Assembly (NCBI GenBank): GCA_003344405.1
Contig: NOWV01000011.1
Location: 124,001 to 188,000, forward strand
Reading direction: 5' to 3'
Source of the DNA: Trichoplax sp. H2
Taxonomy: Eukaryota
DNA: 64,000 nt
Part shown: one piece after another, positions 34,291-45,073 of the stretch
Layout of the letters: every line of letters starts with the position of its first letter
How positions within the stretch are numbered: the stretch's first letter is position 1
The notes under the pieces: generated by a model
Database searches by the model: none
What the model was told of the DNA's origin: nothing
The model's input: the letters and a program-made list of their open reading frames with translations, nothing else
Program-made: the position numbers and the translations under genes

Positions 34291-34917
34291 TTGAGCTATA
34301 TGGACTATAAATGTAGAAATGATAGCCTATACATGTTCGGAATACATTGTATAATATCTTCGCTAAGCAATAGACTGTGTATACAAAATTTAAACCTGTA
34401 TGCAATAATAAAAAATGGTTGTCAATATACACTGTACACTAAGAATATTACAGTCATGACGATATACTCAATTGGTATTGCTAATAGATACCAAAAAGAA
34501 TGCTCCTATGATTTATGAATTACAGTTGCATCGTGCAGTAGCTTCCCAAAAATAGAGTAGCAATAATATATAGTGCAGGGACGCAGTAAAATAGATAGGA
34601 GGTACGTGACTGATTTTGAAAATTTGTCAAGTCAGTGAACTTAAGTCTTATAAATTTTAAATTTTTTAAAATGGATATACACTGCTACTCGTCATTAGTT
34701 ATATAAACTAAGGATAAATTTTAATTAATGGCTTCGAATAAATTAAATATAACTCTATAAACAAGTAGTATCACTAAGTTGACATTAACTAGGAAGATTA
34801 AATACATGGAAGATGTTCCAACCAATCAGTAACCAAGCATCAAAATTTTAACTTAAACAGTTAATAAGATGGGCACCATCATGCTGTCATAGTTAGTCCA
34901 GATTAAAATGGTATAAC

Positions 34918-36167
34918 CTAATAATCACTGAGATCTCCATTAAATTCATCAATTAAATTATGATCTTCTTCAAAATGACGAAGAGCGTTCATGGTTTCGT
35001 TAATTTCGTTTAAATCAGATTCTTTGATCAAATCGTCGTTATTCCTATGAATTTGGTGTAATTATATCAATTACTAATCACTTTCCATTCAAAGATTAAA
35101 AAAATTTAACGAAATACTCACATAGGGGAACTGTTTACGTCAATGACGCTTTGAAGGGATTGTTTCTCTAACTATACTCATAAAATAAAGACTACAGATT
35201 ACTGATACGGAAAAAATTTGCGCTATAATACATATAAATTACGGCATATATTTTCAAAGCAAGAATTAAAGTATATAACTTATTTTAACTACCTGCTGCC
35301 TTTCCTCGATCTTCCTATGTAGTCTATCTAGTGCTTTTTTGCGCCTTTTCAATACCTAAAGTATATTGCAGCGCAAATAATTATATTACCTTATTACAAT
35401 CTAATAGATTAATGTTAAACTCGACATAATGCAAAGATTTACAATGAGTTTAGCATCTGCAAGACCAGTAAATTATTTACCTCTTTACGAGCTTTAAGCT
35501 CTTCCTCTGCTTCTTTCTTCCTTCCTCGTTCTAAGTGCTCGTTGGTAACTTTAAATATAAAAAGAAACAAATTATGCAATGATACTTTATTCAGGATGTA
35601 GAATAGTAAAATAAGGTAAATTCTGTAAGAATCAATCATTAGAATTTAGATTGCTTGTCTGATAAAGTTATTTTGTTAAATTAACTCACGTTTATCTTCT
35701 TGAGGAGGATTGTGTGCATAAGTTATATCTATGAAGTAAAATAGATGAATTCGTAATCATTAAAATGGTCATTGTATCATCCAACAATGCATCAATTCGT
35801 ATTTATGTAACCATATCTATCATTGAATTACTGCATGATACTCTAAAATTCCAAAGACTGAATAATTATAGTAGCTACCACTTAATGACTACAAAGAGAT
35901 AAAAGTAATAATTCAAGGGGAACATTATTGAGAAAGTGATGGATATTTGGCACATTCGTAAATCCAAGTTTATGGTGACGTTTACAATTACATTATATTA
36001 GATGAATTCATACTTAATTTTGACTCTGGAGCTGCTTCTAATTTCTGTGAAATATTCAAATGCTCTAATGACGATTGGACATTGGATATTGGATCGATTG
36101 CTTTCCAAAATTGCTTCGCAAGCTCAATATCATCTTTTGAGCTACCTTCAAACACTATTGTCGCCAT
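34918..36167 (-). CDS. HOATZ: Cilia- and flagella-associated protein HOATZ (C11orf88)-like
   Basis: Exon 1 MATIVFEGSSKDDIELAKQFWKAID matches the HOATZ signature VFAGSSEQDANLAKQFW. Small coiled-coil exons follow (KEAEEELKARKE|VLKRRKKALDRLHRKIEERQQ); last exon ends GDLSDY* at 34918. Exon 1 is absent from the ORF track. Confidence 0.85.
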
Positions 36168-36173
36168 ATTTAT

Positions 36174-36187
36174 GTTACCCTAGTAAC
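36174..36187. promoter_or_regulatory. RFX X-box (GTTACCCTAGTAAC) in the HOATZ/TMEM218 bidirectional promoter
   Basis: Near-palindromic 14-mer, 6 bp from the HOATZ ATG and 170 bp from the TMEM218 ATG. Confidence 0.8.
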
Positions 36188-36357
36188 GTCCGCGCATGCC
36201 TATTTTCTATATTATTAACCGTCAGAAACGGTAGTCGGCGCAAACGCGATGATGACTCTTAATATTTGCAAAATAATTTGAACACCGACTACAAATTCCA
36301 TCTTTTAATCGTTATGATTTATGATTAAATAAGGATATCTCAGTCTAAAGAGAAGAT

Positions 36358-37349
36358 ATGGCCCTGGTATTTGGAATAGGAATTGGCCTATTTATACTTA
36401 TTATACTTTGGTCAGTGACTTTATTGGGCTGTTTTATATTGGCGAGAGGAACAAATTCATCGTAAGTTAGATGATGCCAATTTCAAACTAACAAAGTAGT
36501 TAATTTTTATAAATTGATCACTTATACGCAAAATTAAAGCTTCTTACCATTAATAAAATTATAATGAAGAACCCGTAGTAATAGGGGGAATGAAGGCATA
36601 GTATAATAGAAGCTAGTGATATCACTATAATAATTATACTGCATCGAAATGTTGAAGAAGAATCACTGTAGCGGCAGTAAACTGTAATCCATTGACATAG
36701 CACGGATTCTGCAGTAACCGAACAAATAGCAACAGTCGTAGCACTTGATCGATATTAATCGGTTACGGTAATTTAAACTCGTCTCAAATTATCATTTCGA
36801 ATTAATTTCTAAAACAACAAGGAGGCAGTAAATACGTTAGGGTGCCTTAACGAATCTTGAATATTTGATTATCTAAATTAGATTGGGGTAATTATTATAA
36901 TACCAACAATCTTACTGCAACGAAATCCTTACTCTTTCCTGTATAGGGGTGGAATCTTCGGTTTAGGGTTCCTAGCGGCGATTGTCACGGCGATATTAAT
37001 TCTCTTTCCTAGAGCATCTCAGTCAGAAGCTGCGACTCTAGATAACACTGTAAGTGAAATTACTCGTAACAGTACCTGATGGTGTTTTCTTATTGCTGTA
37101 TCTATACTCGCGACTAAAAGCTTTAATAATATCACCTTTGTTACAATAGCGCTGCTTCTAATATTATTGATGAACATGGAAAGTTAATATTTCAATTTCC
37201 ATTTACAGCTATACGATGAATATCTCATTGGTCGGTCAGTACTACTCGGAGTTATGTCACTATTCTCAATAATTTGTTTGTTGTTAATGGTCGTATTCCA
37301 CTGGATGGAACCCGTTTATGCCATCGAACCAAAGAAGAGCTTGTATTAA
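36358..37349 (+). CDS. TMEM218: Transmembrane protein 218 (ciliary transition zone), 3 exons
   Basis: Exons 36358-36461 (MALVFGIGIGLFILIILWSVTLLGCFILARG), 36947-37049 (GGIFGLGFLAAIVTAILILFPRAS) and 37209-37349 (LYDEYLIGRSVLL..HWMEPVYAIEPKKSLY*). Phases are consistent; the LFPRA, IGR.VLL and EPxYA motifs match TMEM218. Missed by the ORF track. Confidence 0.9.
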
Positions 37350-38247
37350 CGTTTTTATGCATCACTTGCTGATTTTCTTTAGTTTAAAAATTTACACTAT
37401 CTCCTATTGTACAATATTTATTTGAGGTAGTCGATGAGATAAATATTATTACAACCTTTATATCATAGTTAAAGGAGGCAAAATAATTTCAGTTGACTCG
37501 GGATATGAAATTATAGCCGCTGTGTTACAGAAATGGATTCTACGTTGTTGATTCTCATGGATTACGATCACACTGACTGTAACGTACTGAATTATTGTAT
37601 ATAAGCAATCTAAAGGTTTCAGCACTGGGTGGAAGCACTACGGATTGTAAATAATAGTGATACTATATAGTGTAAAAGTACCTTAGCACCCTTGACTATG
37701 AGTTCCGTGCTAGGTAGAGAAGAACTGAATTTGAATGTTTTAATTACGGGTACACCTAACACAAAACTTACTTAAGGTACAATCATTATTGTCATATGAG
37801 CTGCAAAATGGCAGTGTTGCTGTATAATATATCTTGAAGTGTTCTAAGCTTGTAAATACTCATATTCGGGATTTAAGCATAGATTAAGCGACGACAGATT
37901 TGTAAAAACAAACCAGCACGAAGCAAAATAAAGAATTTCTTAACTATGACATTATGTTTTATAATACGTATATAACTAGGTAGTTTCTAATGGCTATTGA
38001 ATTCAATGAATACAAGATAATGTAAGAATAGGGATTGTAAGGTGAGGAGTACAAGATATGGTAAGGATTCATGACTGTAACCAAAAATTTCGATCCAGTA
38101 ATCAAAAAATCTCTGGAATGATGTTTTATTTATTCAATAATTACAATTTATAATGAAGTTACGACGAGGTTAAATGTCAAATAAGATTAAATATCACAGG
38201 CGATAAAAAAGCATCTACAGTAATATTAGGTATAAACCTAATGCGTT

Positions 38248-39875
38248 TCAATAAAGAATTAAATCTACTACACCAAACAAGAGGGATAAGGCAATAACGG
38301 TATAGCCAGTCTTATAAAGCGTCGGTAGATTGAATCCTTTACCCATATCCCATATCTAAATGTTATAAATTGAAGATTGATTACAACTATTAGATCAAGG
38401 ATGTATATAGCTATTTTATCGAAAAATGAATCTTAGAGTAGCTAGCTATGTACAAGTAAAGTCCACGTTAATATCTTACCAAGTGACGGACTCCATTTAT
38501 CGCGTGATAATATAATGGAAAAATAAAGCCACATTTAAGTGTAAAGGGTACTATGGCTGGAAGGGTTTTCCAAACTTCGATATGTTCTGCTAACGTACCA
38601 CTAGACGACATGGTGTATATAGCGAAAGTAGCAGCATCTAAGATAATCATCAGTGACAATTGATTATTACTTTTCACTAGTAATATTGTGGAACGTGATA
38701 TAAAAGTTAATAGTTTTATTGATAATAAAGATGGAAATGTATTAGGAGCAACAGGTCTATAATTTTAGATAAGCATACTAATAATAACACGTACATGCCG
38801 ATAAAATCATTCCACTTGCGCGATGGGTGATTGACATCATCGAAGTAAGCTGAGGCCTAAAGATGGCAGCAATATAAAGAGAGAAGTAAGTTAGGAGTTA
38901 GTTTACTAAGTGCCTTTAACGGAGAAAGGCTAAAAGAAATCATCTTGAATAGCGAGATCAACATGATAGGAACATACTTATAAATAGTTAAATGAGGCGA
39001 CATTGGGCGATTTAAACGCTTATTCTTTTTGAAGAAGTTATCTTCTGACGTACTAGTCGCCGTGGACATTGCAATCCTAATAAAAAGAGTCGTGAGTAGG
39101 AATAAAATGTTACATCTACACTATCTTTAGGACTTGAAGATTTATTGAAGTATTTTCAGTATCGTCCCACAGTAAAAGATCAATAGTCTAGGTGGAGTAG
39201 GCGCACAAATACATATGCGTATAGGCGTATGCATTACTGTACTGTACTATCGATAAAAGGTAGAATGATCTACATTATTAATCATCGTATTTACGTAACG
39301 CCAATGCTTGTTAGCAACAACTGATTTATTTTAAAAGTACTACGTTACATGAGACTTGATATAAACAATATATACATATAACCGAAGCATAGATTGGCTT
39401 TAAGGTAGTAAATCTGGCGTTCAATTTGGAATTTGTTGATTACAGTTATTACCACACGAACCGTTGTCATCTGAGTTCGTAGTGATGTTTCAGTTGAAAA
39501 AGTAACTATCGATTATGTGGCATCACATTGTTAACATGATTGTTAAAGAACATGCTATAGGTAAGGATATAACATTAACATCTCTATACTGATAGCTATA
39601 GTTAGGGCAATCCATAATATATATACAAAAGCTAAGGATGAATTAAAGGATATTTGCCTCAATTACAATAATTAAATTTTACCTTCGAGGAGCTACAGAT
39701 GTCAATCGGACGACCGACAATGAGCTGCCACGCATAAGAAATAGCCGACTTGTGCTAATAAGGATGAAATAATATTCTTTAAAAGTCGTTTTAAATCTTA
39801 ATTATCAATCAATTGACATTACGGGAAAGAATATTGACAAAGTTATAGCATTTACCATATTAGATTGACGGCCAT
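38248..39875 (-). CDS. SDHC: Succinate dehydrogenase cytochrome b560 subunit
   Basis: FFKKNKRLNRPMSPHLTIYK|PQLTSMMSITHRASG; YHAINGVRHL|IWDMGKGFNLPTLYKTGY. Start MAVNLIW at 39875; presequence exons approximate. Confidence 0.95.
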
Positions 39876-39891
39876 GTTTGACTCTCTGGCG

Positions 39892-39919
39892 GTTAAAGTC
39901 AGGTTGTTAAAGTCAGGTT
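39892..39919. repeat. 14-bp direct repeat (gttaaagtcaggtt x2) just upstream of the SDHC ATG
   Basis: Exact duplication seen in the sequence. Confidence 0.8.
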
Positions 39920-40382
39920 GTGGTCCTGTACCCTTCTGTACTGTAGTGGTGTAAAAAAAAGGGTTGATCACAACGCTCGTAGCAGCTAATCAAAGAAGAA
40001 TTTATGTCTTTATATTTCCTATATCGCGATGTGCCATACCATACAGTTCACTAAGTATGTCGAGTTATGGACTACGTACAGTACAGTAGTAGTACGTGCT
40101 ACAGTACATGTACTGTAGTCTCACAGATGCTTGCTTTCGCAGGATTACTCTAGTCAAATCCTTATCTGCTATACTTATTTGTTGGAGTTAACTAAATGTC
40201 ATGGTCCAAGTACTGTAAGGGCCCGGGCAATGTACTGTACAGTACGAGAAAACTTCTACAGTACATTTCTACGTACAGTACAAGTGTCTACAATCTACAG
40301 TTCATTTAAGCATACAGTACTGTACTGTACAGTACAGTACAGTACACTGAGTACAGTACTGTATACAGTACATGTAGTTTAT

Positions 40383-40590
40383 ATGTTGTGGCAAACTATC
40401 CGGATCAATCCTAGGTTTTGAGCACAACATAAGAGTATATAACCTATCGATGTTGTGGCCAACTATCCTAGATTTTCTAGATAGGTTTTGAGCACAACAT
40501 ACGAGTATATAACCTATAGATGTTGTGGCCAACTATCCTAGGTTTTCCTAGATTGGTTTTGACCACAACATACGAGTATATAACCTATAT
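40383..40590. repeat. Three tandem ~70-bp units, each an imperfect hairpin plus conserved linker
   Basis: Units begin at 40383, 40450 and 40520: ATGTTGTG...CACAACAT inverted ends followed by linker a(a/c)gagtatataacctat. Confidence 0.9.
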
Positions 40591-40764
40591 ATATACACAA
40601 TTCTTTCATCACTCGATAATATTTGTTGCCCAAGCATCTGCCTTTACGTCATTGCCTTCTAAGCATAGGCTTGAGATGACGAATAACTTGATGAGATCGT
40701 CAAGTCTATGATATAGAAACGAAATTGTCTCAGAGCTCAACTAAATCATTGTTGTCGTCCCAAA

Positions 40765-41388
40765 CGTGCCGTGTAATACATTACAATATACCATACTGTC
40801 CAACCGGCGTTCTTATTAATTTTTTGAATCAAACATCTACTTTGCATAGGTCGTGACTTCCTGTTATTTAATGAAATCTTATAACTGATAGATGCCTTTC
40901 TGCAGCCTGATACTGTTGCCAGTCTAAACGTACAATGCAATTGTTACGATGCGTAAGCTCGTCCTAATTATAACTTTAAAAGGATACTTTTATATTATGT
41001 GCACCGGGAGTTTCTGACGAGACTATAAAAGGCTGGTGCCTGAAGATTCCTTTTTAGTTCGTTAGTCGGTTAGATAGTCAACTAGTTTTTCAATTGATAT
41101 TTAATTGTAAAGACTATAATCTTGGGTGCCAAGATTCCTTCAGTAATAAATGATAGTAAATCTCTGACTATCTCGTCTACATCATCTGTGANNNNNNNNN
41201 NNNNNNNNNNNCGTGCCGTGTAATACATTACAATATACCATACTGTCCAACCGGCGTTCTTATTAATTTTTTGAATCAAACATCTACTTTGCAAAGGTCG
41301 TGACTTCCTGTTATTTAATGAAATCTTATAACTGATAGATGCCTTTCTGCAGCCTGATACTGTTGCCAGTCTAAACGTACAATGCAAT
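40765..41388. other. 177-bp direct duplication (40765-40941 and 41212-41388) next to a 20-N assembly gap (41192-41211)
   Basis: The copies differ at one visible base (gcatagg/gcaaagg), and the second starts exactly at the gap edge. Probably a haplotype or assembly artefact. Confidence 0.85.
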
Positions 41389-41930
41389 ATACTGTACATC
41401 TGAACCATAGTACATTCACATTAGATGACATACACAAAATATTTAAGGGTGTTTATTATTCGATGAATATATTCATTGAGCAAATCAAAAAGGGTATTCA
41501 AATCTACGACAAAAAGTATGTCATATTAGATATGTATTGAGAACGAATATAGCATCTCAGTTAATTGGTGTATTCAACAAAGTTATATACAAATCCGGTA
41601 GAGAAACAGTTGACTAATCATTATTTCAAGTCAGTACTGAATTCGAATTAGTGCCGTATCCATTTACTTTATTGCGTGGATCTTGTTTTAAGGCTCTCCA
41701 CACATTGTATCCGGCATTTACAGTACTTTAATTTATTAATTCTGCATTGCAGTAATTTCAAGTCGGTTACCGTTTAATTCATGGCGTATTATGGTACATA
41801 TACAAGCCTGGTAACATCTATCGTATACCTGGTGATGGATATGTTAGATACACTTCAATTTGTTAGCTCTAGAGTAATTTAGCTGAAAAGTGTTAATAAA
41901 ATTATATACGCGCAGAGCGCGATTAAAATG

Positions 41931-42906
41931 TTACCGCTCTAACTTTAAATCGTTTAATTTCTTTGTTATATCTACTTCCGTCTTATTATTACTGCATTTA
42001 GCATTTTTATATCCTTTAGTAACTGGATAGAAAATTTCTCTATTTCCTTTCTTTAGATAGGTTTCCTTGCTTACGTTTGTAGTTGATTTTGTAACACCTA
42101 TTGATTTGGCATTTGTACAGCTAGCAACTTTTTCGGTGTCAACTTTAGCAGTCTGAGCGGGCCTATGCTGCTTACTCATATCTGTTTTATTTACTATTGA
42201 TTTAGAAGTTTGGGTAGCACTTTGATTAATAACATTTAAGCCTAAAGCATCTTGGTCTTTTAACAATTTGGCGTAGACCAGTTGTAATAGTTTAACATCA
42301 GTTAGTGCTCCATGCCCCAGCGATCGCGAAGACTTATCAATATTAAAGCGATCACATAACGAATCAAGTGAGGCTGGTTGTCTCGGATATAATTTTCTAG
42401 CCATCAGCATTGTATCAATAACACGTTCGAAAGATATTTCAGGTATATTCAGTTTTTGAAATTCGTTATTGATAAATTTGATATCGAAATGGCCATTATG
42501 AATGATAAGGGTATCTTCTTGAATAAAGTCACAAAAGTCTTGTACTATCCCATCGAAAGTAGGAAATCCTTCTAGAAATTTGTTCGATAGATGATGTACC
42601 TCAAAGGCCCTTTCTGAGACTGGAAATTTCGGATTGATATAGCATTGGAATGTTCGGCTAGTTGGTTGATGATCGATTAATTCAAGGCAACCAATTTCGA
42701 TTATTCGGTGGCCAGTTCTTACGCTTAAACCAGTAGTTTCGGTATCCAATACCACCTCTCTAAGAGGTGATAAGTTGCTGAAAGATGTTAATTGTCAAAT
42801 TAGCAAAGATTAAAATGTCAGGTAGGTACAGTACTTACTGCACTATTATGGCTAAATGGAATAGAAAGATCATTATTTTGGCTATTCTATCAACGATTAA
42901 AGTCAT
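41931..42906 (-). CDS. dnaQ: Bacterial-type DNA polymerase III epsilon (DnaQ) DEDDh 3'-5' exonuclease with a spliceosomal intron
   Basis: LREVVLDTETTG (ExoI), HNGHFDIKF (ExoII), HGALTD (ExoIII). GT-AG intron 42838-42778 (GTAAGT donor, TTTCAG acceptor) joins in frame to an upstream exon; ATG at 42906 is tentative. About 110-aa S/T/K-rich tail. Confidence 0.9.
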
Positions 42907-45073
42907 AATTATTCCATATTTGCATTGCTCCTCATAGGCAACAGACGGGTTCTCTCCGGTTATTACAAATTACGACTATGTATTCACAATTTTATTTTTT
43001 CATCTTAAGCCTATTTTAAACTTTGCCGAGATATTCACATAGTATCAAAGTTCATTACAGAGTAATTCAGTATCGGGCTCTTTTGTTGATGTCTCTTGAT
43101 GAACGTCGGGACATTAAGGGTTCACTAATCTCTTTTTCGTAAGGCATTGATATAAAATGCTGAGTACTGAAAAGTTAATTTTGCACTGACTTTGTACTGG
43201 CTCGCTTACGACTTAGTAATACAGTACAAGCGCTCGGCTGAAAATATCTTTACATTTGAGTTCAATTTTTAATTGACTTTAGTTCCAATGCGATCTGATT
43301 CAGGTCATAAATTAGTACAATTTGATCGAGACCATTAACTAAGAGTATTAAAAGAGTATATCAGGATAAATGCTCTATAAATTCTAAAATTTATGAATTA
43401 AAGTCGTTAGACCATAGTTGCAACTTCATGACCATTGATCAGTCAGCAAACAGCTCGGACATGGTGCTCAAAAGGTACAAAACTTGAGGAGCTAAGTTGA
43501 TGACAAATTCATCTTAGGAAACCGAAAGCTTTCAGGCTCGGGCTAAATTCGATCTAGTATAATCTAACTTCTACGGCTAAATTTCTGCTATATCATATTA
43601 CCTTTTAGGAGGATCACTAGACATCTTTTCATGAAATATGATTGTCAAATTGCATGCGTGTCGCATAAATCTCGAGGTCTTTCTTATACATGCAATTTGT
43701 GTAAGCATTCCTACCACCTGGAGTACTGTACAGTAGACATCTAATGAAAGTAAAAATGACTTTGAAAGCGATAGTTCAAGCTATGCCGTATCATATTACC
43801 GCGCTGCAATACTGCAATCAATATCACGTAAGCTAGTTGTACTGTACAGTGTAGAGTATACACTACCGTACAGTACAATATTCTATAGTACTGTACTGTA
43901 CGTGATAGCAACAGACGGGATTCGTAACCTGCATACTGCATACTTACGGCAGGAACTAGTATGCATTTTCAAGGAAATCACAGCATGATGCTATACCATA
44001 TCTACTGCAGTTTACTAATATGTGATCAGTAGTTAATTACATGTGCATATCCCTATAGTAGTGTTAAATGATTATAATTCTCGATTTTATCTTAAGCGAC
44101 GATAGCACATTAGAGGATCTACCGTCTATTGCTGTATTGAATAAAGCAAATTGTTTATTAGAATTATATTCTGCCTCAAATAACGTAGTGCTAATACTGC
44201 CCATAATAATTACTCTAAATACAGTAATAGTCGTCACCGCACAGTACTACATCAAATATAGACCGCATCGGCGTAGAACGTTTGAGTAAGTAAGTAAGCA
44301 CTAACTCTTAAATGCCGTAGCAACCAACCCGTTTAACATTCTATACTGTGATCGATGTATCTATAGATCACAGCTGACTGAATATTCAAACCTCACTACT
44401 GTATAGGGTAAAGCTCAATTGTATAGGTCGCTTTCTAGTTAATAAGAGCACACTCAGATTTATGCAGCCATGTTATCGCTGTCTTTCTAGGATATACGTA
44501 GTTATTCCTTTTAAACAGCATAGCAACACCACCACATAAAATTTTCGAACAAATATTACAGAGATGGTTAATAGTTAAAAGTACATACTGTAGGTCCAAA
44601 AATAGGTATAATGAGAACTCCTTTTTAATTTCTTATTATTTCCAAAAATTGAATATTTAATTAAGAGTCTATAACATTCCTATACTCATTCACTTTCGTA
44701 AATATTTTTACATTTAAAATTCTGAAATTTAGCATCCACACATGTGGCATGTACAACACAGTCGATAGTAACGTCTGATATAATCGGAACTGACATGTGT
44801 CTATATACAGCATAAAATAATGTAAGTACTGTATTTAAAGTAATTTAAACAACTGCATGCTTCGTAGTGAAATAAAATTATGGAACAAAACTAGGCTTTC
44901 TGCCCTAAAGAAATTAATTATCAGACGAGCAAACACGTATACGTATATATATATATATACACTGAATTTACTTTTTGTTTAGATCTCGTAACTTTATGCA
45001 TACTCCAAATAATTAGTTTAAGATAACGGATTATGCATATTAATCGATACTATTGTTATATCATAGTGCAAAT

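Noticed and set aside
40383-40590. CRISPR-like repeat/spacer appearance
   Set aside because: The variable parts are near-identical copies, not unique spacers; there are no cas genes and the context is eukaryotic.
40765-41388. 177-bp direct repeat as LTRs or a real tandem duplication
   Set aside because: The second copy begins exactly at an N gap and differs by one base; more likely an uncollapsed haplotype or scaffolding overlap.
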